A stretch of DNA of 62,511 nt, counting the filler, from Basidiobolus ranarum (Eukaryota), in assembly GCA_040143965.1 (NCBI GenBank). It is 40 parts of 40 records of this genome, joined end to end, with 100 filler letters (N's around TTAATTAATTAA, not from the genome) between each part and the next. Parts side by side here need not be neighbours in the genome. Positions count along the whole stretch, not along the records: positions 37,629 to 39,091 come from JASJQH010011981.1; positions 39,192 to 40,654 come from JASJQH010011982.1; positions 40,755 to 42,217 come from JASJQH010011983.1; positions 42,318 to 43,780 come from JASJQH010011984.1; positions 43,881 to 45,343 come from JASJQH010011985.1; positions 45,444 to 46,905 come from JASJQH010011986.1; positions 47,006 to 48,467 come from JASJQH010011987.1; positions 48,568 to 50,029 come from JASJQH010011988.1; 32 more parts are not named here. One strand, 5' to 3'. The position numbers and the translations under genes are program-made. The number at the start of each line of letters is the position of its first letter. Within the stretch, counting starts at the first letter, position 1. Shown here piece by piece: positions 38,234 through 50,931 of this stretch. Under the pieces are notes generated by a model. It did not search any database. It was not told the origin of the DNA and saw only the letters and a list, made by a program, of their open reading frames with translations.

Positions 38234-39191
38234 ATGGAGAGTCCAAACACAAAGTTTTGGAGTGCTGCAATGGCAGAGGAGTATCAGTCATTCGTAGATA
38301 ACCAAACTTGGACTCTGGTTAGGTTACCTGATGACCATAAATCAATTGGATGCAAATGGGTTTTTCAAGTTAAACAGCAAGTTGATGGATATGCAGAAAG
38401 ATATAAAGCCAGACTTGTGGCTAGAGGATACTCTCAAAAGGAAGGATTGGACTACATTGAAACATATGCTCCTGTAGGAAAGTTTAATTCCATAAGAACT
38501 GTACTAGCAGTAGCAGCAAAGCACAGCTTGAAAATCCACCAAATGGATGTTAAAACTGCTTTTTTGAATGGGGACTTAGAAGAGGATATATTTGTGGATG
38601 CCCCAGATGGTTTTGTGAATCCTGAGCACCCCGAGGATGTGTGCAAGCTGCAAAAGCCACTTTATGGACTTAAACAATCATCCAGTGCCTGGTATACTAA
38701 GATAGAAACATGCTTGGAATAACTTGATTTCCAAAAAAGTACCAAGGATTTTGGGATCTACTTTAAGGCAGATACAAGCAGTAAGGTGATACTTGCCTTT
38801 TATGTGGGTGATCTGATTATAGCTACCAATAATGATGAAGCTCTCAGGAACACCAAAAGAGATTTATCAGTCCAATTTAGGATGGCCAATTTAGGTAAAC
38901 TTACATATTTTTTAGGCCTGCAGATCCATACAGATTTATTGAGCAAACCTATTACTCTGAATCTATCTAAATACATCTCAGACATTATCAGATGTTCCAG
39001 AATAGAGAATTGTAAGCCAGTAGCAACTCCCATGGATCCTGGTGTGAAACTAGTCAAAAGTCCCATGAAAAATGATGAAACTTGGCCAAATNNNNNNNNN
39101 NNNNNNNNNNNNNNNNNNNNNNNNNNNNNNNNNNNTTAATTAATTAANNNNNNNNNNNNNNNNNNNNNNNNNNNNNNNNNNNNNNNNNNNN

Positions 39192-40654
39192 TGGCATTGC
39201 AAGAAACCAGGCCATGTAATCAAAGAGTGCAGCACAAGAATATTTGACAAAAACTATAGTTGGAGCAAGCAATTAAGTAAGCACTGATAGATATCATCAG
39301 TTTGTATCTGCCCTGTCAATAAACACTAAAGATGACTTGGAAGCATGGTACGTTAATTCAGGAGCTTCCCAGCATATGTCAAAACCTTGTCTATGCTCTA
39401 GAACTACAAAGCAATGGTAGGGAAAGAATTAGCACAAAAATAAGGGTACTCAGGAGCCACAATAGTGGTGAATACTGCTCTAAAGACTTTGCTAGTTGTT
39501 TAAATGAATATGGAATTAAGCAACAAACCACTGTACCTTTTACTCCACAGCAAGATGTAGTTGCATAATGTGCCAATAGTATCATAGTGGAGAAGACAAG
39601 AACAATGTTACATGAACTAAAGTCAGATTGCCAATATTGGGGTGAATTTGTCCACACTGCAATCTATATCAATCGATGCCCAACATGATTGCTACAAAAT
39701 TTTACTCCTTTTGAAGCCCCTTCTGGATTGAAACACAGTTTGCATCATCATAACATCTTTGGTTCCATAATACATTGCCTAATTCTAGCTCACAAACACA
39801 CTGAATTGAAACCCAAAAGCAGTGTAATGCATATTTCTTGATTACTGTGAAAGATCTGAGGCCAACAGACCATTTGATACCAAAAATCAGAAGCTAGTTA
39901 AGTGCTGATATGTGATTTTTAATGAAAAGGATGTCTGTGTTGATACAGGCTTGCTGTTCTCCATGCTGAGGCATTTTAGGATATCTAGTACATATCTAGA
40001 TTGATTTGGCATGATTTTCTGATAGTATGTATCTGTCTTAATTTAGATTCTGAGGAAATATCTTAAACAACAATATCAGTAATCCAAAATTGGTTTGATA
40101 AGCTGCTTTTCCTGCAATAGAGTGCTTCCAGATCATTTGCAACTATGCTCAAGTCATCCACATATAGTGCCAAGATAAGGCTGCTATTTCTAGTTGCTTT
40201 GATGTGAACACTGTGATCTGCCTTGCATTTTTAAATTATAGTTATTCCAAATAGGTAGCTATCTTCTTCTACCAAGCCTTGAGCTCTTGCTTGAGACCAT
40301 GTAGCCAATTTTACTATTTGCAGACCATAACAGAGTTTTTTTGGTCACCATATCCATCTGGTTGGTCCATATAGATCTTTTCCCCAAGACTCCCATTCTG
40401 AAAGGCTCATTTTGCATCTGTTTGATGTACCTTAAGGTTATGGATAGCTGTGAGTGCTGGGATTGACATAACAGAGGTAAACTTAGCTATTAGAGCAACA
40501 GTCTCAATAATGTCAACTCCAGGATTCTGGGAATAACCTTTTGCAACTAAACTTGCTTTTTACCTTTCTATGGCTACATCAGCTTGATGTTTGCCTCTGT
40601 AGACCCAGTTGCAACTTATTGGCTTTCAGCATGATGGTTGAGGACTTTAGACGC
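39192..40654. mobile_element. Copia remnants in opposite orientation: gag/integrase (+, to ~39930) and RT (-)
   Basis: KIRVLRSHNSGEYCSK..TPQQ on +; KASLVAKGYSQNPGVD..ETVA, MDQPDG, LYVDDL on -. Confidence 0.85.
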
Positions 40655-40754
40655 NNNNNNNNNNNNNNNNNNNNNNNNNNNNNNNNNNNNNNNNNNNNTT
40701 AATTAATTAANNNNNNNNNNNNNNNNNNNNNNNNNNNNNNNNNNNNNNNNNNNN

Positions 40755-41184
40755 CAATTAAGTCCTCTGTTCTTGCTGGTTTTTTTCCTTTCCTGCTAGT
40801 AGGCTTTGGCTTGGAAGCCAATTTTGACATTAATTTTGAATGCTTTTTGAATGGCATTGAAATTTTCAGATGGTGAACTTGTTGTATTGAAATTGCTTAG
40901 AAACAGCTTACAATATACCAAAATTGCCATCCATTACCAGAAATATCTTGTAAATCCCCTGATGACTCATCTGTGCCACCATCTCAAAATCAGCTGATGA
41001 TATTGATGGGCTATACTTAAAATACCAGCCTTAAGTGGGAGGTGTTCTTTTTTCTTCTAATATCCTTCTCATGCCACAAAACAAACATCTAAAGAAGCCC
41101 TGCTATTATAGTTGCTTATTCTTGTGCTATGAAAGCTGGAGGCATCATAGAAAAAGTAATCACAAGCACCATAACTGTATAAGG
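40755..41184. mobile_element. CACTA bidirectional region (ORF2 start on -, transposase start on +)
   Basis: MPQNKHLKKPCYY..LCYESWRHHRK; reverse complement of 58160-58585. Confidence 0.8.
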
Positions 41185-42217
41185 TATTATGGAAAATATG
41201 GGCTGTTTGTAGGAACTTTAGAAAAGTGGAGTTGTGAGTAGCTTTGTGAGATAATTGTTTATTGTCCAGAAATAAAGTATTTATACTTTTTGGTGGAAAC
41301 ACAGAAAACTAACACTGGGATTGTGTTCAAAACATCTCAGGGAGTAAAATGAGCTATCTTTGGGGCAATTTGGACGAGTTTGAAATTTCCAATATGGAAT
41401 TGCTAATTCTCACATTATTCACATATATATAAAATATATCTTCTGATTTTCAGCCAAGTGAAATTTGACTAAGTAGTATTAACTAACTTATATGTGAAAT
41501 ATGAAATAGTTAGGTGTATAAGGAAAGAAATAACAAATAAGATAAACATAATTAACTTGAACACTCCCACTCAACTAAATATTGATATATCTTAATCCTA
41601 ACTTAAATCTTAATTGTTCAAATTTTGGCTTGGGTAATGGTTTGGTAAGGATGTCAGCAATCAAGTCATCAGTTGGACAGTACTCCAGTTGGACATGGCT
41701 ATTCTCAATAGCTTCCCTAACAAAGTGATGTTGAATAACAATATGCTAGCATGAAATTTAGGATTTTTAGCTAAAGAAATACCACTTTGATTATCCTTGA
41801 AAATTGTGGTGGGTGAACTTTGAATAATGCCCAAGTCTTTGAGCAGCTTGCTTAACCACATAGCCTCCTTTGTTGTATGTGATGCTGCCATGTACTCTGC
41901 TTCAGTTGTTGACAGTGCTATGGTGGGCTATTTCTTGCTATGCCAAGATATGGCTGCTTCACTGTAGAGAATGGTTTATCCAGTTATAGATCTTCTGTTC
42001 TCAATATCACGTCCCCAATCTGCATCACTACACCCAATTAGATCCTTATTCTCATAAAAATATGTGTATCTTAATCCCAGATCAATTGCCCCTTCAAAAA
42101 TCTGAAAATCCACTTAACTGCTGCATAATGCTCAGATCCTGGGTTTTGCACATGTTGGCGGACTACTCCCCCTGCAAAAGAGATATCTGGCCAGGTTCCA
42201 GTTATAGCATAGACCAA
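41185..42217 (-). mobile_element. Copia RNase H, PPT and full 3' LTR B (41185-41563), inserted in the CACTA transposase start
   Basis: SDADWG.D..RRSITG, LSTTEAEYMAAS, DNQSGISLAKNPKFH. Confidence 0.93.
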
Positions 42218-42317
42218 NNNNNNNNNNNNNNNNNNNNNNNNNNNNNNNNNNNNNNNNNNNNTTAATTAATTAANNNNNNNNNNNNNNNNNNNNNNNNNNN
42301 NNNNNNNNNNNNNNNNN

Positions 42318-42682
42318 AAACTTAACGTTTGCTGTCGCCAAGCAATAACATGAATGAGCATTCATCTGGTTCACAATTTGTATTTGTTTCATACCCAGAT
42401 CGCAAAGGCTCCATGAGCTCTACTCCTAGCTCAAATGATATGAAGAACGTGGCAATACCACCCATGTCCAGTAGTAGCACGCGCTTTAATTCGCTTGGTA
42501 GTGAAAGTGGCGTTGATGGAAAAGACTTACCCACCAAAAAATCTGAACCTATTTCGCGACGTACATCGAAGAAGTCCCCTAAATCCCACCTTACTTTCCG
42601 TAGTTATATTCCGTCGGACGAAGGGGTCATGGCCAGAGTAAGCGCGAAGCAAAAGCCCCGCAAAGGTGGACAAAAGAGATGA
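42318..42682 (+). CDS. Ser-rich C-terminal fragment of an unknown host protein
   Basis: Open frame from the contig edge to TGA; CpG content normal for a gene; no recognised motif. Confidence 0.55.
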
Positions 42683-43604
42683 TTGGAATTGTCCGAAAAT
42701 GCGCAACCCTCGTTATCGTCGCAAAGAGTAGAGTCGATTGTCCTGTCACCTATATTGCATAAGGCTCAGCCCCTTTTGTATGTTAGTCAAAGATGTTCCT
42801 GAGTTAAGTGTGTGTATATGTTGTGTGAATCAAGCCCAACTTGGGTAACCTTTCTAGCACATCTTTGACCCAGTCGTATTACTCTGAACTCTACCGTTCT
42901 CCTGATGAATTATTTTCGTTACGCTGTTCTCAGATGATTTGCTTTTTTTGAGCATGATTTTGATGTGTTATACCTGTTTGTTTTGTTTTTATCAGTATTG
43001 GCTATTGAATACTTGTTTATCATATTTCTTAATCTTATCATCCCTATTTAACCCTTTCTTATGTTGAGGCTGGAGAGTCTGCTGTTGATTTGTCCATGTT
43101 TTGTATATAAAATAGATCTTGAAAATCGAGTAATTGAGATTAGCAAGTAGGTCCTCTTGAAAACTACTAGGGGAAGAGTCGATCCTCTATTATCTATGTC
43201 TGAGTCTGTAACTCCATCGGCGGGAAGACAACATATGGTCTGTATGAGCTCTAGGGAAACGATACCACGACATTCATGTGATCTGTCCTAGTGGAGTCAC
43301 CAATAGATTGAGCTTCAATACAGTCACATTTAAATCCTTATATATGTAGCCTACCAATGAGCATTTTATGAGGTGCAAAGTGCTGATATATGTGGTACTC
43401 AAATTATTAAGAGTCTACTTGATTGGACAATCGGAAAATATGCTGATTAGTTTGAAGATTTCTATTTTGACAAAATCAAATATGTATTTTAGTGCTTCTC
43501 AGCCACCCAGTATTTCTTGGTTTACTCATTGATACTCCAATAATTCGAGTTAACGATACACTCTCTCTACCATACCGACATTATTATAGAATACGAATAA
43601 AGCT

Positions 43605-43780
43605 ATGGAGACCGGGAGACAATCAAAGGCGTCCTATATCTATCCTACGTTGAAACCTTCGGAGATATTGATTTGCATGCGGGACTTAGAACTCCCTTTT
43701 GCCGAGGAAGATTTAACCACACCGACAGCGCTGCGTTTAGGAGTTGTATATGAGGCCTTCGTAGACATATTTATGGGTAT
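43605..43780 (+). CDS. NUF2: Kinetochore protein Nuf2, N-terminal fragment
   Basis: YPTLKPSEILICMRDLELPFAEEDLTTPT..VYEAFVDIFMG matches the Nuf2 CH-domain start (FP.L...EI..C......EDL..P.....YE.F....MG). Confidence 0.82.
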
Positions 43781-43880
43781 NNNNNNNNNNNNNNNNNNNN
43801 NNNNNNNNNNNNNNNNNNNNNNNNTTAATTAATTAANNNNNNNNNNNNNNNNNNNNNNNNNNNNNNNNNNNNNNNNNNNN

Positions 43881-45263
43881 AATGATGCAAGACCTTCTGA
43901 ATGCTGTTCTTGAGGTACAGCAACATGCTGCTCTCTCTGTCCATTCTCATACAGGATTTCAGTCAATCCCACACCATACATATGAATGTCACCATGACAA
44001 TCTAGCAGAGCAGAATATATGTTGGACCATTAAGCCTACACAATGACCCAAAATTGATTGGTCACATGAAAGTAGAAATCTAATAGGAAAACCAGCAAAC
44101 CAAAAGACTGTGAATGTCAGAGCAGCCATCACTTGCTTTGATGATGAGTGGTTCAACATTTTGGAAACTGTGTGGAATCTTGCCCAAAATCACCTGGATT
44201 TAAGTTAATTGTGGAAAAACTAAAATCAGGCATTACTCTGAAGATTCTTGACTTATTTCATGTGACTTATCCTGGGTTTTGCAAGCAAATGGCAATTGGG
44301 CTAGTATAGGCGTATTCATGAAGCATCTCAAAGATGTATGCAATTATTGACTTGGAAAAGAAAGAAAAGCAACTATGGAAGTACTGAAGGAGCAGGAAGT
44401 TAGTAAACCCAAGGGAAAAGCAAAGGAGCCAGTGAGTTTAGGCTCTACTGTCCCACTTACCAAGTTCTTCACAGCATTACAAGGATCTGCAGTTCCAGAG
44501 TCAGATATACTGGCAAAAAAGCTTAATTTCACCATGGAACCAGGTACACCAGTTGGAAGAGTCCTAAATTTGGAAGTTTATCCAACACCTGGTACCTCTC
44601 AACAAGCCAAAACACCAGCAAATAAAACTCATGGCTCTCCAACCTCAACTGGTACTTTTCAAAGTGTTGAAATTAGTCCCAAAGCTAAAGGCAAGCAAAT
44701 GCCTCACAAACACCCCAAAGCACCCTTAGTAATGTCACACTACAAGGATGTACATAAATAGTCAAAGTGCTTGAGGAGTATTTTCAAAAGTATGAAGGGA
44801 AAAATGTAGTGCAAGTATGCCAAAAGTTGCTTCAGAATAAGTACATTCAACTTGACATTCAGTCCAGTGTTGACCATGCAGATATCTGGGAAGGACTTAA
44901 TACAGAGTGGCACAATATTGCAGGGTATCTGCCAGATAGCTGGAAGAATGTTGATTCAGCAATGTTAATACAATGGTGGGCTTTGATGAAGATATTGACA
45001 CAAACCTGTGTTGGGTATGAGCAAAACCTTGGGTATGAAGAACTCTATAAAAATATTCAGGAGAATATATCAAAGACACTAGGGATTTCAAAGGTGACAA
45101 ATTAGCATTCAAGTAGTAATTTTGTAAAATTTGAGTTACATTTTTTGCACATGTGTTGATCCATAGTTCTGTGAGATTGTAGCCAATCCTATGCAACTAT
45201 TTTGTGAGATCTTGAAATTTCACTCCTGAAACTGAAAAAATTGATTAAAATCGAATCTAACTT
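43881..45263 (+). mobile_element. CACTA accessory ORF2, 3' half, and right subterminal region
   Basis: MEVLKEQ.. and ..ISKVTN ORFs; same sequence at 17269-17957, 33851-34293 and 62006-62511. Confidence 0.75.
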
Positions 45264-45343
45264 CCCTAACAGAAATTTGAGGATTGTTATTGTAGGAAAA
45301 CCGTCACAATTTTAATCCATTTGGGATTGACCGTTTACTTACC
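45264..45343 (-). mobile_element. Younger CACTA right terminus inserted in inverted orientation into another copy's right end
   Basis: CCCTAACAGAAATTTGAGG; retains CpGs (CCGTCAC, GACCGTT) lost in other copies. Confidence 0.85.
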
Positions 45344-45443
45344 NNNNNNNNNNNNNNNNNNNNNNNNNNNNNNNNNNNNNNNNNNNNTTAATTAATTAAN
45401 NNNNNNNNNNNNNNNNNNNNNNNNNNNNNNNNNNNNNNNNNNN

Positions 45444-46905
45444 CTCAAGCTTGAATCTGTACCACCATTTCTCTATCAGCAATGATCTCTTGTTTTATAA
45501 GAAGTGACTTTACATTTGAGACCACACTTCCACACTCAAAATCACGCAGGAAAGACATTACTCACCACTAGCTGGACACTTTGGTGTTGCCAAATCATAT
45601 ATGTTGGTATCCAGGGATTATTGGTGGCCCAAAATGTTTGCATTTGTCAAGACTTATGTTTTGACCTGTGATACTTGTGTTTGAGTGAAGACTCCAAGAC
45701 ATCAGCCCTATGGCCTCCTACAGCCTCTTCCAATTCCTGATCAGCAGTGGAAATCCATATCCCTGGTTTCATAATTGATCTACCCTTGTCTGCCAAATAT
45801 GACTCAATTCTGGTAATTGTTGACTGTCTAACAAAGATGGCCCACTTTGTGTGCTGCAACAAGTCAATTGATGAAAAACAAACAGCAGATTTGGTAACTC
45901 AAAACATCTTGCACCTACATGGACTTGCTGAAACTATCATCTGTGACCAAAGACCTCAGTTTGCTTCCAAATTCTGGAAAAGTCTCCTCCATACCTTGGG
46001 TATCTCTGCCAATCTCTCCACTGCTTTCCATCCCCAATCTGATGGCCAAACAGAAAGAGTCAATCAAGTTTTGGAACAATATTTCCAATGCACTATCAAC
46101 TATAATCAGGATAATTGGACACAACTCTTATCATACCTCAACAGAGCAAACTCCTTTCTTTGCAAATTATGGATTCCATCCTTGTTTCACAATTTACTAA
46201 CCAACCAATCTACCTTGCCCTGCTGCCTCAGACCATGCCACTTTCCTTGAGGACATCCATAAACAATTGATATCTGAGTTGGAGCATGCTCAATCCCAAT
46301 ACAAGAATTTTGCTGATAAGAAAAGAAAGCTGAGTCCAGATCACAAGCCAGGAGATCATGTTTGGCTACTCCGGAAAAATATCAAAACCACTAGACCTTG
46401 TGATAAACTTGATCATAAAAGACTAGGGCCTTTTAAGATTATTAAGCAAATCAGTTCAGTAGCCTTCTGCCTTTAACTCCCAGCCTATTTCAAAGTCCAC
46501 AATGTATTCCATGTGTCTCTCTTAGAGCCACATGCAAGAAAACCTTCCAGGGCCAATTGATTGACCCACCCCCAGCAATCCAAGTTGAGGAACACCCTGA
46601 CTATGAAGTTAGCTTAATTCTAGATTCCAGAATTTATCAACGTAAATTGCAATATTTAGTGGACTGGAAGGGATATTCAACAAATGATCAATCATGGGAG
46701 CCAGCAACAAATCTTTCCAATTCCAAGGAACTTTGCCAGGAGTTTTATGAAGCCTACCCAGAAAAACCTGGCCCTATGATGTCTGGAAGCCATCACTAAA
46801 GAAGGGGATACTGTCATGATTCCAATCTCAGCATACCAATCCACTGCAAAAAGAACTCTTCTATTATTAGATTATGACATCATATCTGCTGTGCCATCCC
46901 TTCTC
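45444..46905 (+). mobile_element. Ty3/gypsy chromovirus: integrase, chromodomain, PPT and 3' LTR start (46812)
   Basis: AGHFG..K...YWWP; HPQSDGQTERVNQ; GPFKI; YEVSLILDSR..LQYLVDWKGY..SWEP; AAAGAAGGGGATAC|TGTCATG. Confidence 0.97.
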
Positions 46906-47005
46906 NNNNNNNNNNNNNNNNNNNNNNNNNNNNNNNNNNNNNNNNNNNNTTAATTAATTAANNNNNNNNNNNNNNNNNNNNNNNNNNNNNNNNNNNNNNN
47001 NNNNN

Positions 47006-48248
47006 AAAGGTTTTTGTGGTTGATAACCACTCATTGGATGCTATTGGAATGGGAATAATTCAAGTCAATTTGAATGGAGATTCTAAATAGAAAGTGTATA
47101 CTTTGAAGGATGTACTACATGTTCCAGATATTGCCAAGAATTTAATATCTGTATGCAAGGCCACCTTGGAAGGGCTAAAATTCAATTTTGATAAGTCAGG
47201 GTGCACCATCACTGACCAAAATGGGAATTTTTTAGCTTTGGGAGAAAAGGATGAGAACTTATAAAAACTTACATAGAGTCCAAAAGGTTTGTGTGAAATA
47301 TAAGTTATTCCACTCAAGAAGCTATTCAATAATGGCATAAGAGATTTGTGCATATTGGATTTGATTATTTGAACAAAATGATCAAAAATTGCCTAATTTC
47401 TGGAATTCAAATTAATCTCCCAAACAGAATGGGAATTTGTGAGGGTTGGAAATAAGAAAAACAAGCCAGGCAACCATTCACAGGTTCTGGTTCAACCAAA
47501 TCTGTCTAAAAATTGGATCTAATTCATTCAGATTTGTGTGGACCTATGCAAAGTTTATCCTTGGGCAGAAGAAGATATTCAATCACATTTCTTGATGATT
47601 ATACTAGATATACATGAGTCTACTTTATGGAAGGAAAAAACAAAGCTCTCTCAATCATTAGAGATTTTAAAACACTTGTCAAAACTGAAACTGAAGCTAA
47701 AATCAAGAAAATATGTACTGATGATGGTGGAGAATATACTTCAACAATATTTAAGCACTTTTGCAAAGTTCTTGGAATTAAGCAAAAAACTACTGCCCCG
47801 TATTCACCTCAGCAAAATAGAGTTGCTGAAAGAGCAAACAGGACTATAATAGAAATGGCAAGATCAATGATAAATGCCCTAAGTATATAAGATAACTTTC
47901 GGGTGGAATCTATTGTTACAGCTATATATTTTTAAAATAGCAGTTTTACTAAAAGTCTGTCTAACTATACACCATATCAAGCTTTGTTTGGAGTTAAACC
48001 TGATATAAAACATTTGAGGATCTTTGGAATCATTGCTTATGTCAAAATTATGATCAAAAATTGGTCTATATTTGATCCAAAAATGTAATAAATGCATATA
48101 TCTGGGTTATTGTACTCAAACTAAGGCCTACAGACACTATGATACCAACATTTCAAAGTTAATCAGGTCCAAGGATATTTTGTGTGATGACAACAAAATA
48201 TTTTCATGCAAAATGCTCTCATATAATGACAAAAATCAATTTTCTGCT
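47006..48248 (+). mobile_element. Ty1/copia protease-integrase fragment
   Basis: LKDVLHVPDIAKNLISV, WHKRF.H, IHSDLCGPM, TDDGGEY, YSPQQN.VAERANRTIIEMARSM. Confidence 0.95.
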
Positions 48249-48467
48249 CCCTAACAGAAATTTGAGGATTGTTATTGTAGGAAAACCATCACAATTTTAA
48301 TCCATTTGGGTTTGACCATTTACTCACCATCATAAAATTGTCAAGTTAGATTTGAATTTAATCAATTTTTTCAGTTTCAGGAGTGAAATTTCAAGATCTT
48401 GCAAAATAGTTGCACATGATTGGCTACAATCTCAGAGAACTATGGATCAACACATGTGCAAAAAATG
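48249..48467 (-). mobile_element. CACTA right terminus inserted in copia
   Basis: Starts CCCTAACAGAAATTTGAGGATTG. Confidence 0.85.
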
Positions 48468-48567
48468 NNNNNNNNNNNNNNNNNNNNNNNNNNNNNNNNN
48501 NNNNNNNNNNNTTAATTAATTAANNNNNNNNNNNNNNNNNNNNNNNNNNNNNNNNNNNNNNNNNNNN

Positions 48568-49034
48568 TCATCTGGGGATTTACATGATATTTCCGGTTAT
48601 GGATGGCAATTTTGGTTTATTATAAGCTGTTTCTAAGCAATCTCATTACACCAAGTTTACCATCTGAAAATTGCAATGCTTTTCTAAAAGAATTCAAATT
48701 CTAAATCAAAATTAGCTTCCAAGCAAAAGCATGCTGGCAGGAAAGAGAAAAACAGCAAGAATGGAGGACTAGGTAACAAATTAGTGTTCAAGGGGTAGAT
48801 ATAAAAATTTGAGTTACATTCTTTGGACATGTGTTGATCCATAGTTCCCTGAGCTTGTAGCCAATCATGTGCAACTATCTTCAGCAATTTTGAAAGTTTA
48901 CTCCCAAAACTGAAAAAATGATTAAAATCAAATCCAACTTGATAATCTTAAGACAGTAAGCAAATGGTCAATCCAAAATATATTAAAATTGTGTTGATTT
49001 TCCTGAAATAACAATTCTGAAATTTCCATTTTGG
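48568..49034 (+). mobile_element. CACTA deletion derivative joining ORF2 start directly to ORF2 end and right terminus
   Basis: Junction ~48770: ..CAGCAAGAATGGAGGACT|AGGTAACAAATTAGTG.. Confidence 0.8.
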
Positions 49035-49039
49035 AACTG

Positions 49040-50029
49040 GAACTTCTTAAGAGAAAGTATGTATTTATGAGGATGTACTCCATGTTCCAGATATTGACAA
49101 GAATTTAATATCTCTATTGACAGCCACCACAGAAAGGCTAAAATGCAAATTTGATCAGTCAGGATGTACCATCACTGATCAAAATGGGAATTATTTAGCT
49201 TTGCGAGAAAAGGATCAGAACTTATAAATACTTTCACATAATATAAGAGGCTTATGTGTAAGTAAAAGTTGTTCCAATCAATAAACTATTCAATTATAGC
49301 ATAAGAGATTTGGCCATAATGAATTTGATTTCTTAAGCAAATTGATCAAAAATTGCCTAATTTTGGGAATTCAAATTAACCCCCGACCAGAATGGAAACT
49401 TGTGAGGATTGCATATATGGAAAACAAGCCAGGCAATTGTTCAAGAGCTCTGGTCTTATCAAATCTGTCAAAAAATTAGATCTAATTCCTTCAGATTTGT
49501 GTGTAACTAAGCAAAATTAATCCTTGGGTGGAAAAAGATATCAATCACATTTATTGATGATTATACAAGATACACTTGGGTCTACTTTATGGAAAGAAAA
49601 GAACAAGCTCTCTCTATCCTTAAAGATTTTAAAAAACTTGTGGAGACTGAAACTGGAACTAAAATCAACACAATACATACTAAAAATGCTGGAGAATACA
49701 CTTAAATACTATTTATCCACTTTTGAAAAGTTCATGAAATTAAGCAAGCAACTACTGCCCACTATTCACCTAAACAAGATTGCTTTTAAATCAATAGGAT
49801 GCTGGTGAATAATTAAGCTAAATACAACTCTGATAGTGTCATGATTCAGATCTCAGCATACTGATCCCCTACAAATAGAATTCCTCTATTATTAGATTAT
49901 GACATCATATCTGCTGTCCCATCCCTTCTTGGCAATCTGGTGTCAGTTCATCCAGATTACCTTATATGGAAGTCATGTTCTTTGGAACATTCCATGAAAC
50001 CTAACCAATCATGTCATCCCTCACATAGT
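49040..50029 (+). mobile_element. Degenerate copia pol, interrupted by a chromovirus LTR (from 49837)
   Basis: Similar to 47090-47820; TGTCATGATTC matches 46812. Confidence 0.88.
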
Positions 50030-50129
50030 NNNNNNNNNNNNNNNNNNNNNNNNNNNNNNNNNNNNNNNNNNNNTTAATTAATTAANNNNNNNNNNNNNNN
50101 NNNNNNNNNNNNNNNNNNNNNNNNNNNNN

Positions 50130-50931
50130 ATTAGAGCAATAAACACACGTTTTTGAATAACAGAATTGAGTGCTAAATAATCAGAATATGAATAAACTAA
50201 CTACTAAATAATGAGTTGCTATTTACCTAATTTCAACACTTAGAGGGTATGGAAGTGTTTAAATTCAGTATGTCCTATTTGTAGTTTACTAAGAAATAGC
50301 ACTATTGGACATGTTTGGATCATAGCAAACATGCCAGTTGAGCAAGGTTGAAAATTTGAGGTGGCTTTGGAGATGTTTTGAGAAAATAGTTAAATTGGTA
50401 TTAGTGCTCTGATTAATATTTCTATTAATTAGGGCAATAAACACACATTTTTTGAATGACCCAATTGAGTGCTAAATAATCAAAATTTGAATAAACTAAC
50501 TATTAAATAATTATTAATCCAACTATTATCCTGGGATGTAGCTACATTATGATGAAGGGATATGGTACTGTACCAAGCCATTGGTAAAAGTGTTTAGTGG
50601 ACTTGGAAGTGTATAGGACAAGATTTGATTTTGAGTCTAAGATACTTAAGCACTATTGAATTGAATAAGTCCTGTTTATAGTTTACTGCAAAATATCACT
50701 ATTGGCCATGCTTAGACTATGGCAACTGTGCCTGTAAAGCATGTGTGAAAATTTAAGATGATATAAAGAAGTTTTGAGAAAATACTCAGAAATGGTAAAC
50801 ATAATCTGATTGATATTTCTGTCAATTAGAGCAATAAGCACACATTTGGAATGCCTGAATGGAGTGCTAAATAATCAGAATAGGAACAACTGACTAATAA
50901 TTATTGAGTTGCTATATACCTGATTGTAACA
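50130..50931 (-). repeat. Three same-orientation diverged copies of LTR family D (ends at 50238, ~50520, 50931)
   Basis: ATTAG(A/G)GCAATAA.CACAC..GAGTGCTAAATAATCA recurs at 50130, 50428 and 50826; ..TTTCAACA terminus; decayed copia gag follows (~51160-51420). Confidence 0.75.

Larger units (their letters stand above)
37629..39091 (+). mobile_element. Ty1/copia RT fragment, interrupted at EAM|ESP by a solo LTR
   Basis: DEPKSVQEAM-ESPNTKFWSAAMAEE..IGCKWVF..RYKARLVARGYSQ..HQMDVKTAFLNG. Confidence 0.96.

Noticed and set aside
43881-45105. CACTA ORF2 as a Fanzor or other nuclease cargo
   Set aside because: No TDG, DPG or RuvC motifs in the visible parts, and no physical link to the 6870-7754 remnant.
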